From a virus: DNA of 64,000 nucleotides. The notes below the pieces were generated by a model, which did not search any database, was not told where the DNA came from, and saw nothing but the letters and a program-made list of their open reading frames with translations. Both the position numbers and the translations under genes were made by a program. Below are positions 57,001 to 64,000 of the stretch, piece after piece. The first letter of the stretch is position 1; each line of letters starts with the position of its first letter. The stretch covers positions 32,001-96,000 of the IMG/VR virus record IMGVR_UViG_3300032334_001923; one strand, 5' to 3'.

Positions 57001-58204
57001 GTGTAAAGATTTCTCAATAGGTGGAATGGGATTAACTGGACCAACCTCATCTGTTCCTTATCCTTATTTTGCAATAATTTCAACGTCAGGTACAGGTGTT
57101 ACTGGGTATTTTATGAACGATGCCCAGCCTGGAACAGGATCTATAAATTCATCCAAGGATAGATCAACATATTACGTGACCTCAATATATGGTGGATCTG
57201 GTTCTTACTTTAGGGAAGATTTTGTAGCAGGATCTACCGGCACTTATCTTCTAACCGCTCAGATAACTGAACAAGGTGTTGTTAAAAATACTTTTGGTCC
57301 TCATTTGGAAACCTACGCTAGTAACATACAGAAGATTTCAGCTTCAGAGATCATGCCTAATGGCCAGTATTTTATTTCTTATTCCGACTATAGCATTGCC
57401 TCCTTTCACCTACAAAAATTCTTAAAATCAACTCAGGATGGAAGAATAACTGATACGAATTATTTCAGCGGACCTGATCCTTCTACATCTTTATTTAATT
57501 TTTCGGTATCTGATAAATCCGATATTTATATGTCTATAACATGGGGGAATTCCACCACAGCGCCTTTACCTTTTGGGTATAACTATCCTTATGGACTAGG
57601 CTCAGGAAACTCACAAGTTATTAAAGCTGAGCAATATAAGCCAGATTTAGGAATAAACTTAGGTGGTATAATTTCGAGACCCGGATCAGGCGCTTGGACG
57701 TGGTGTGATGTCCACTCAACAGACAACTATTTTGAAATACCTTTAATGTCTACGGTTATCCTAAACAACTATGCTTCCAATATCTATGGTAAGCAAAATA
57801 ACGTTTGGTCTCTAATAGATTCTTCTACTGATAATGATTTGCTGACTGTGAAATCTACACCTTACTTTATCTACACATTTACCCAACCTGGATTCTATAC
57901 GGTGAACAATCAAGTTGAAGATTCTCAAGGAAATGTTTATGAGGTTTCTAAACCTGGATTTATTAAAGTTGTGGACCATCTGGCTAAGAGACCTGATGAT
58001 CTAAGACCTGAATTTGTAGATTCAACTGACTATGGATACCCTCCGGGAGTGCCTTTCTATGAAAGAGATGAGGAAGCTAAGAAACTTGCAGCCGAGCTAT
58101 TAAAAGATGAAAAAGAAATCTTAAGTCAAGAAATTCAACCATTTGGCTCTGATCTTAAAATAGCTCCTAATCCGGATGCAACGTTTGATGAGTATGACTA
58201 TTAA
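54098..58204 (+). CDS. Large beta-propeller (Reg_prop-like) and PKD protein; candidate receptor-binding tail protein
   Basis: SGIISDNVYALDLDEDGNLWMGTDKGLSFFNG, FTNSNSTLSSNNIIDI and C-terminal FIYTFTQPGFYTVNNQVEDSQGN. Confidence 0.7.
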   Translation: MPSASLNINQIALDSQFYVWGSGEDVRRFNGSSWEYYNYLNSAVPGPFGGSFSLDTRTVSIDPEEKLWCGVAEGPTSGFNEVAVFYINTNDVDEGESWRFSDLGDFGGIPQETSFVYACPFGDDVYAFVTPLNGIGGTAGISNYTRFYGVTGGRLFYHLKETGQWKETIPNYPWPHIYDMQAKGIDGKSYFYYVATNEGLMTIPQGSLSTVELTDGTQIIKQAQVYNTHTSGIISDNVYALDLDEDGNLWMGTDKGLSFFNGHGFWNYGTTGPVTAIKSRPNGHVFYSTGDGELGQGAGLWHFNGSTHTLFTNSNSTLSSNNIIDIELVGGNIDQSGLIAHENALWVLEYNVLSSFDYDIPHVYGSSKYAGATGWNFVYYSPTGGTSAPLPKVNKYTWTYPEWRVYQDDYLASKHPGLDPRNLFMTTKLSAIADGRAGKQPYWDNFPLPSYEQEVWEGKVTGPTWIKEIALVGTDAGYDYPDLKITCSTTLNVDGSTKLYIGGEISGNTTGYLGYYNDTELATVVNLNPTMGGSAASVLDSNSGFFAKMGFIACYDEDGYVESVLPFRGYSTKIDSLSPSADGNSIIATGSYNWLIENGPYVYPGWLGATNTYLGGPTGAPIGLTNINVPGATTGIYNWITSVGQTGSNFFYTYSGGSTSTLVYIGVLGPGAGNPGGIDFEYNVGALTQYAHDVSAITVNFIDFNMTDWSNAYEQLPTGYVITITDYVGTGEVLANYTIDSINLGNNGPGSTAKFNVTYQGGTSGNIDFNVITYSFLGFDVYSYLTSCFPLVPALETISSQESANIHAPGVFVAQIEKDLGDISSFAGITGDYTSDIRKSYRITDFRTFPSVNQVPSSTSETLNSIYSKSDTSANFVNVAIVSGATAAPSLSTLKNSWNRNNDNPSTVEVLKDPLSQNFMSYVRLNASDFSLQTTVNAEGSTSGYLYQGINSLNSLSNEDTVLITGNSCKDFSIGGMGLTGPTSSVPYPYFAIISTSGTGVTGYFMNDAQPGTGSINSSKDRSTYYVTSIYGGSGSYFREDFVAGSTGTYLLTAQITEQGVVKNTFGPHLETYASNIQKISASEIMPNGQYFISYSDYSIASFHLQKFLKSTQDGRITDTNYFSGPDPSTSLFNFSVSDKSDIYMSITWGNSTTAPLPFGYNYPYGLGSGNSQVIKAEQYKPDLGINLGGIISRPGSGAWTWCDVHSTDNYFEIPLMSTVILNNYASNIYGKQNNVWSLIDSSTDNDLLTVKSTPYFIYTFTQPGFYTVNNQVEDSQGNVYEVSKPGFIKVVDHLAKRPDDLRPEFVDSTDYGYPPGVPFYERDEEAKKLAAELLKDEKEILSQEIQPFGSDLKIAPNPDATFDEYDY

Positions 58205-58857
58205 GAGTCTTTGAGAGCATTAAGAACTTCCTCAACAATCGGATCTCTATGATTTGTTTTCAATGAGATCATGGAAATTCCCTCTATAAAGCTTAGCTTT
58301 TTAGAAAGCCAATCAAATCCACTAAGTTTTTTGTCTTTTAGATCTATCTGGGAATTATCTCCTACGAATATCATCTTTGCACCCATACAAAGCCTTGTGA
58401 TAATCAGTTCAAGTTGGTTTTGTGTTATGTTCTGAGATTCGTCTATAACAACACAACAATCTGAAAAGTTTCTACCTCTCATAAATCCAATGGGTATAAC
58501 CTCTATATTTCCCTCCATGATCTCTTTGTCAATCTTATCCTTGCTGTAAAGAACATACATGTTATCATAAATGGATGCTGTATATGGAGCTAGCTTAGCG
58601 TCCTTGTCACCAGGAAGAAATCCAATATCTTCACCTGCTGTTACCGCGGGACGTGTGAGGATTATCTTTTTTACCTCTTTCTTAAAAAGAAGATCCAGTG
58701 CCACTTGGGCTGCTAGAAGAGATTTACCACTTCCTGCCTGTCCCTTTAAAAAGGATATCTTTGATTGTAGAATTTTGTCCTTCGCTGCCTTTTGCTCTTC
58801 GTTAAGTGCGATGTTAAATTTAATAGGGTTTTTAGGCTTTTTTGTGGAATTTTGCAT
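58201..58857 (-). CDS. phoH: PhoH family ATPase
   Basis: GQAGSGKS, LTRPAV, GFLPGD..KLAPY, MRGRNF, DESQN, GDNSQIDL, HRDPIV. Confidence 0.95.
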   Translation of the reverse strand: MQNSTKKPKNPIKFNIALNEEQKAAKDKILQSKISFLKGQAGSGKSLLAAQVALDLLFKKEVKKIILTRPAVTAGEDIGFLPGDKDAKLAPYTASIYDNMYVLYSKDKIDKEIMEGNIEVIPIGFMRGRNFSDCCVVIDESQNITQNQLELIITRLCMGAKMIFVGDNSQIDLKDKKLSGFDWLSKKLSFIEGISMISLKTNHRDPIVEEVLNALKDS

Positions 58858-58875
58858 GGGCTATGTTTTTTTAGT

Positions 58876-59016
58876 TTATATAACAATATATCGTTTGTTA
58901 TTATTAAAATGAAAGGATAATTTTCCTTGTCCTTTTGTGGAATAAATTGCTGATTTCAAGCTTAAAGATACATCCAAGGTATCTTTTTTAGAGAGTTTTA
59001 TGTTTTGCCACTCCAT
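58876..59016 (-). CDS. Small 46-aa ORF missing from the supplied track (MEWQNIKLSKKDTLDVSLSLKSAIYSTKGQGKLSFHFNNNKRYIVI)
   Basis: Translated by hand, ATG to TAA. It fills the gap upstream of phoH on the same strand and has AATATATA on the minus strand about 30 nt upstream. Confidence 0.5.
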   Translation of the reverse strand: MEWQNIKLSKKDTLDVSLSLKSAIYSTKGQGKLSFHFNNNKRYIVI

Positions 59017-59039
59017 ATTTAGTAGTTGTCCGAGACATT

Positions 59040-59049
59040 GATATATATT
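59040..59049. promoter_or_regulatory. Putative divergent late-promoter site
   Basis: GATATATATT reads GATATATA on the plus strand (41 nt before ATG 59081) and AATATATA on the minus strand. Confidence 0.45.
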
Positions 59050-59080
59050 TCGCTCTAAAATGAAATAAAAAAATTAAAAA

Positions 59081-59995
59081 ATGGCAACAGTAAACATTAC
59101 AGAAATTTTGGGCTCCGACTCTATCTCGGGGTCTAGGATAACCATCAATTCAAACTTTTTAATCCTCCAGAACTGGATAAACGGATATATCACGGTTTTC
59201 GGGATAGACAGCGTGAATGGGATTTTGGATTTAACCTCGGCTTCGACCGGTAGGGTTAGTGCTAAGCAAGGCAGCTTTAATTCTCTAGCCCTTCCGTCTT
59301 CAGGTACAGCTTTGGCCTCAGTGAACTCTTCAGGACAAGCATCCTTTGCAAGCGTCGCAACAACCACACTAACTGCTTCTGGAGCTGTGACATTAAACGG
59401 ATCGGTAACTCTTTCATCTGCATCTATATTTACAGTAGGAGGTACCTCTAGCTTTAACGGGTCACTATCCGCTAACGGTGCTTTCTATTTAGGAACATCC
59501 CAATTAACAGGACACGTGATCGCTCAGAATACGATGTATCTTTCTGGGTTAACCGCAGGCTCTGCCTTCCCCGCAAATACTTCAGGTGGCGGAGGAGTTT
59601 ATACGTCTATGAATTCCCCTTATGCACTGACGGGACAAGAAGATGTTATTTACGCAAATTGCGGACCAACCGGATTTTATCTAAAAATGGTTAACGGGCT
59701 TTCTCCTTTCGGCGGTACATTACCTAACATACCTCAAGGATCTAGAATAACTATTATCAACACATCTTCTGCTACAGGGTATATCTGGACCGGAACTACG
59801 GGAGCTACCGCTTATTATACAGGGTTCAACACTGCCGCTTCTTATGGCGGATTTTCTTCAGGTGGTATAGTGGTAAACCAGAATAAGGCATACAGATCTT
59901 CAGTTACCCTTCAATGGGAACCTAGAGTTGGACAGGGACAAGCCAACCAAAACGGTTCTTGGGTAGTTTTGAGCTCTACTAATATGACAGTTTAA
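59081..59995 (+). CDS. Virion structural protein (fiber/collar-like, Ser/Gly/Thr-rich)
   Basis: ITEILGSDSISGSRITINSNF N-terminus typical of attachment domains, followed by beta-rich small-residue repeats. Confidence 0.55.
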   Translation: MATVNITEILGSDSISGSRITINSNFLILQNWINGYITVFGIDSVNGILDLTSASTGRVSAKQGSFNSLALPSSGTALASVNSSGQASFASVATTTLTASGAVTLNGSVTLSSASIFTVGGTSSFNGSLSANGAFYLGTSQLTGHVIAQNTMYLSGLTAGSAFPANTSGGGGVYTSMNSPYALTGQEDVIYANCGPTGFYLKMVNGLSPFGGTLPNIPQGSRITIINTSSATGYIWTGTTGATAYYTGFNTAASYGGFSSGGIVVNQNKAYRSSVTLQWEPRVGQGQANQNGSWVVLSSTNMTV

Positions 59996-60016
59996 TAATA
60001 AAAATTAGAAACCTTA

Positions 60017-62224
60017 ATGGCAAAGACACCTTTTATAAGACCGCTTCAAGTACAGGGAGGAACATTTTATTCTTTCTCATCTGCATCCGAGGATTTGTCA
60101 TTCTCCTTTAATAATTCAGTTAACAAATTTAGATTTTCGAAGTTTGCCTTATTGAATATTCCAAACATCGATAATGGCTATAGTTCTTCTTCACAAGATA
60201 ACCTTATTAGATTAAATGCTCCTGATGGAGCTTTTATAGACTATGCAACTTCAGCAGGAAAAATTATTACCGGAGACGGCAACATAGACTTCTCACAGAG
60301 TTTTCAAAGCTACTGCTTAAACTTTGAAACCACAGCGACTAGCACTGATGAATACGATTCTACACTTAAGCAGAACATATCAGAAAGAGTTTTCTTTAAG
60401 TGGCTCAAAGAAACGGGAGCTATGAGATGGAGACCCGCTGACTCTTCAGAGGTTTCTCCTGCTTTGAATCAATACACAGTTACTATAGTTAATGATCTTC
60501 CAGTAACACAAAAAAGATACGTTGAAGGGGATACCGCTTTAGGTACAACTGGGGCATACGGAATAACAGCGGGCACTTATAATAGAGTAGTTCAATACGT
60601 AGGAAGTCTTGATATTGTAAATACCGTTAAGAATTCTAATAACACTTATTCTGAAGTTTATGTTTACGTTCCGACTAAGGACGGAAATACCCCTACAGTA
60701 CTATTCAAAAACGTTGTAGATAAAAATTATTATCCAGATTACCAGTGGACTAATAATCCGACTAATCCTTTGAACGATGAATATCTATTCGGAAGAAATT
60801 ATGACGATATTAATCCTAGCGGTCTTACTACCCTAGCCATTTTTGATGATGATGTTTTAGGAGCACCAACATCTACATATTTTTATACGGGTACAAACGG
60901 AGCGACCGCTTCTGGGAACTGGTACACTCCAAGGGATACTGCTAACACTTATTTTAGTGATATTCTTTTCACTGATGCCTCTAATGACATCCTCACTAAA
61001 ACGTACAACAATAATTCTCTAACATACGTCAGATCTAGACTTGATTCAATAGGAATTGATTTCGATCCTAATTCATACCAGGGAATACTTACAAATCCTA
61101 GCATCAGCACTTTAGAAGAGTTTAATGCAACACCAGATGCTAACGACTTTGAATTCAACTGTGTTCTGGTTTATTATGACATCTACGATCCTGCTAACCC
61201 GGCAGATTCTGCAACCAATCTTTTTGGTGTTCTATTTTTAGATGACGTTAACACTTCGGGCGGAGACGTATACATTCCTAGACTTCAGAAATATAGACCT
61301 AATCCAGTAACTAAGCTTAACGGTAACTCTTATGGATTTAAGATCAATCTTAAATTTGACGTTGATATAGATCAAACTGGAGTTGAACAGGCAATAAACG
61401 ATTACTCCCCGTTTTCACTTTCTATGTTTATGGATGCTATGAACGTTCTTCAAGACGCAAGTTCATCTTTAAATAACGCTACAACGGATTTTATAGATTT
61501 AAGTGATAGGGTAACAAGTCTAGAAAACGTAACACTCAGCGCACCAACTTCAATAAATTTAGATAGAAGAATAAACTCTATAGAGCAAACTCTTGCTGCT
61601 AACCAAGCTTTATTAAGAAACACAAGCTCTATAATGCAGCTAATTAATCAAAACTATGATTTAGTAAGATCGATTCTAAATAATCAAACTAGCGTTGAAG
61701 TTTCATATAATTTAGATCTAATTAAACAAGGGGAAGGAATTATAGTAGACAGAAGCATCCCTAATCAAGTTTTTATTAATAACGATAACCAGGATTTTAA
61801 CATAGGGGCTAATAAAGGATACGGAACATTAACCCAGAATGGACTAAATGTAATTCCTTTAGTGGATTTCTCAAATTATTTTAAACATGTTAATAACGGA
61901 AATCCTTTAACCCTAACTGGTGATTTAACAATAAGAATAGATGATAGCCAGATTAATTGGAAAAAAGGACAAAGATTTAGAATGTCCTTCGGAGATGAGA
62001 TTTATCTTGGTAATTTTACTATAACAATCTTAACTGATGCTTTGGGACAATATCCTCTAGCAAATCCTACAGGAACATCATATTCAAAAGTCGTAATATC
62101 ACTGAATGATGCAACATTTGCTTCTTATGACTATTTACCGGTTATGGATATAGTTTGTATAGATCAAAGTAATCTGAAATTCCAAGTTGATTTAGTTGGA
62201 AAAAGTTTAACAAACAACGTATAA
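60017..62224 (+). CDS. Large hypothetical virion structural protein
   Basis: 735-aa ORF in the late cluster (GGTFYSFSSASEDL, FSKFALLNIP), with a central coiled coil. Confidence 0.6.
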   Translation: MAKTPFIRPLQVQGGTFYSFSSASEDLSFSFNNSVNKFRFSKFALLNIPNIDNGYSSSSQDNLIRLNAPDGAFIDYATSAGKIITGDGNIDFSQSFQSYCLNFETTATSTDEYDSTLKQNISERVFFKWLKETGAMRWRPADSSEVSPALNQYTVTIVNDLPVTQKRYVEGDTALGTTGAYGITAGTYNRVVQYVGSLDIVNTVKNSNNTYSEVYVYVPTKDGNTPTVLFKNVVDKNYYPDYQWTNNPTNPLNDEYLFGRNYDDINPSGLTTLAIFDDDVLGAPTSTYFYTGTNGATASGNWYTPRDTANTYFSDILFTDASNDILTKTYNNNSLTYVRSRLDSIGIDFDPNSYQGILTNPSISTLEEFNATPDANDFEFNCVLVYYDIYDPANPADSATNLFGVLFLDDVNTSGGDVYIPRLQKYRPNPVTKLNGNSYGFKINLKFDVDIDQTGVEQAINDYSPFSLSMFMDAMNVLQDASSSLNNATTDFIDLSDRVTSLENVTLSAPTSINLDRRINSIEQTLAANQALLRNTSSIMQLINQNYDLVRSILNNQTSVEVSYNLDLIKQGEGIIVDRSIPNQVFINNDNQDFNIGANKGYGTLTQNGLNVIPLVDFSNYFKHVNNGNPLTLTGDLTIRIDDSQINWKKGQRFRMSFGDEIYLGNFTITILTDALGQYPLANPTGTSYSKVVISLNDATFASYDYLPVMDIVCIDQSNLKFQVDLVGKSLTNNV

Positions 62225-62241
62225 TATAAATATTAAAAGAA

Positions 62242-63999
62242 ATGGCAGGCACACAAAACTCAATAAGTTCTTTAATTGCTCAGTTTCTAAGACTGCAAAA
62301 GAACTCTTTGGAAATACTCAATGGATTGAATGAAGCTGCGGTTTCAACGAATGATACTGTTACTATCGAGGTTCTTGATGAGCAGGGTCTACCTAAAAAC
62401 GCAAACATTCCTTCTTATGGTTATTTAAGAGGGGAACTTCAGAGAATTGATAATAATATAAAATCATTAGCTGGAATCGGAGATTCTTCTTCCACAGTAA
62501 GAAACCCGGACGGAACATATTCGCAGGTCTTTAAAGTTGAGACTTTGAAGAATCCTCCAACACTTTCAAATCTACCGGTACCTAATACTTTTTATGTAAA
62601 AGATAATTGGTTCTTCGAAAGCTTTCTAAGCCCACTTCTTTATGTTAGTGTGAACGTAACTGGAAAGATCCCAGACAGTGCTGATAGAATTAATGTAAAA
62701 AGGATAATTGCTAACACCGATACTGAAGTTAAAAGAACTTATTTTGATTCAAACATTAAAGGAAGAAACGATCTTACTTATGATCAATACATAAAAGCTT
62801 TACAAGACAATGGAATTGGTTATTTTGTAGATGAAGACATAGTTAATCTTCCGCTAAGAGAAATAAGATACATTGGAAATTTTGGTGTTCTTTCTTATTA
62901 TGATGATTTAGTTTCTGTTAAAGATGCAAACGGAAACATTTACCAGGAGACTAGAAGAAATTACAAGCTAGATCAGTTAACTTATACTGACACTTTATCA
63001 ACGGTTAGAAACGGAAGAACACTGGATGTAAATGACAAAGTTTCAACCCCGGACGGAACACAGTATTTAATTACTGCGGTTAATAAAGATCAAAATTCAA
63101 TCCAGGCAAAAAGAGTTTCTGGATATGAAGCTATCCAATTAGGTGCAAATACTCTTTCGATTTCATCTACAGACTTTGGTCCTAGATACATTCAAGTTAA
63201 TGTTGGCTATAATGAGAGACAAGGGATTTTCTTTAAAACTATTGATGATTATTTTAATATACAAGGAGCTAACTGGTCAACCGGTATAGTTTTCTGGAGT
63301 AATGAACTTACGACTAAAAATTCAGACGGAGAAATAGTTACTTTAGAAAATTACTATCTCGCCGAAGTTTCTGATATGGGTAAAGTTTTCCTAGGAATGG
63401 CCAAGGAAAAAAAGGTTCCTGCAATTCAAGGACTTACTCCCAATGCACCACTTGTAACAACTGACAGCTTTAAAGTTGTACAGATAAACAAACAGGTAAC
63501 AGATTCTACTTCTATAAAAGTAGTTAACGACAAGCTTCAGGTTAAGAGCGGACTAAAATCAGAAATAGATTCTTTAGATGATGCTATTAATAAATCTAAG
63601 CTTCAGTTAAATACAGGATTAGCTACTTCTGACCAATTGGATGTTCAGATTGCAAGAGAAGGTGTGGATGCTAATAGCATACTAGGAGCTAATCTGACAG
63701 AGGCAAAAATAAAACAGAGAACAAATCCAATAGGGATTAACGTAGAATCTGTTAAAGCAAATCTCAATAACCTCATAAATGAGAGAGTTAAGAAGGTTCA
63801 ACTTTACGCTTCTATTGTTGATGAGGTTAGTACTATAGTTCAGGATGTACCTCAAATAGTTGCTGAGCCTAAGTATAGAGTTAGAGGATTCTGGCCTATA
63901 CCTGCTCCAAAAGTAAGTCCTTCTACCGGAGATCAGGCAGTCATTCAATTCTCTGTTAGATATAGATACCTGAGTGATAGCGGTTCTGCACAACCTTCA
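62242..63999 (+). CDS. Large hypothetical (probably structural) protein, 3'-truncated by the window edge; absent from the ORF track
   Basis: ATG 62242 (MAGTQNSISSLIAQFLRLQKNSLEIL...). The same frame reads QDVPQIVAEPKYRVRGFWPIPAP..IQFSVRYRYLS at the window end. TATAAATA at 62225-62232. Confidence 0.8.
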   Translation, partial: MAGTQNSISSLIAQFLRLQKNSLEILNGLNEAAVSTNDTVTIEVLDEQGLPKNANIPSYGYLRGELQRIDNNIKSLAGIGDSSSTVRNPDGTYSQVFKVETLKNPPTLSNLPVPNTFYVKDNWFFESFLSPLLYVSVNVTGKIPDSADRINVKRIIANTDTEVKRTYFDSNIKGRNDLTYDQYIKALQDNGIGYFVDEDIVNLPLREIRYIGNFGVLSYYDDLVSVKDANGNIYQETRRNYKLDQLTYTDTLSTVRNGRTLDVNDKVSTPDGTQYLITAVNKDQNSIQAKRVSGYEAIQLGANTLSISSTDFGPRYIQVNVGYNERQGIFFKTIDDYFNIQGANWSTGIVFWSNELTTKNSDGEIVTLENYYLAEVSDMGKVFLGMAKEKKVPAIQGLTPNAPLVTTDSFKVVQINKQVTDSTSIKVVNDKLQVKSGLKSEIDSLDDAINKSKLQLNTGLATSDQLDVQIAREGVDANSILGANLTEAKIKQRTNPIGINVESVKANLNNLINERVKKVQLYASIVDEVSTIVQDVPQIVAEPKYRVRGFWPIPAPKVSPSTGDQAVIQFSVRYRYLSDSGSAQPS

Positions 64000-64000
64000 G

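Noticed and set aside
49683-58204. Diversity-generating retroelement acting on tail proteins
   Set aside because: No reverse transcriptase is present, and no template/variable repeat pair differing only at adenines was seen. The shared 26-mer is an exact match within low-complexity linkers.
665-63993. Numerous short minus-strand or alternate-frame ORFs in the track (for example 665..952, 6668..6961, 18805..19257, 36188..36565, 49511..49783, 63682..63993)
   Set aside because: They are shadows of long, motif-bearing genes or of low-complexity repeats, with no independent start signals.
1-64000. Stop-codon reassignment, as seen in some large phages
   Set aside because: Genes tile densely at expected lengths in the standard code. 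TAG terminates real genes (for example at 5009 and 7700), and TAA dominates.
1-64000. tRNA/rRNA genes, introns, inteins, transposases or integrases
   Set aside because: Intergenic gaps are too short or are explained by terminators and promoters. No cloverleaf, splice-junction, homing-endonuclease or recombinase motifs were recognised by eye. A tRNAscan/Infernal run would be needed to exclude them fully.

Overview
The window is a gene-dense, AT-rich, almost entirely plus-strand segment of a large T4-like (myovirus-type, probably jumbo) phage genome in the standard genetic code. Both ends cut through genes. Head module: two tandem portal paralogs, a prohead protease fused to a 14-aa-repeat scaffold, and the major capsid protein. 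Neck, baseplate and tail module: gp13-, gp25-, gp6-, gp53- and hub-like genes, a spike, and large PKD/beta-propeller proteins. Replication and nucleotide genes: ATP-dependent ligase, clamp loader, RNase H/flap nuclease, 3'-5' exonuclease, guanylate kinase, an NMP-kinase-like protein and a Nudix hydrolase. Auxiliary genes: heptose kinase, AsnB-like amidotransferase, PhoH and a ribosomal protein S1 homolog. A Bacteroidota host is inferred from TAnnTTTG promoter elements, A-rich starts without Shine-Dalgarno motifs, and the S1 N-terminus. Main leads: (i) a candidate virion O-glycosylation system, with a DxD glycosyltransferase-like gene among Thr/Ser mucin-like tail proteins and a dispersed G-x-T-G motif; (ii) a family of proteins with T4-CTS-like N-terminal leaders that may be packaged head cargo; (iii) three distinct promoter motifs suggesting a three-tier transcription programme; (iv) several enzymes with apparently lost catalytic residues; (v) a phage bS1 inside the baseplate/neck region. 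All family assignments come from motif recognition by eye; no database searches were run.
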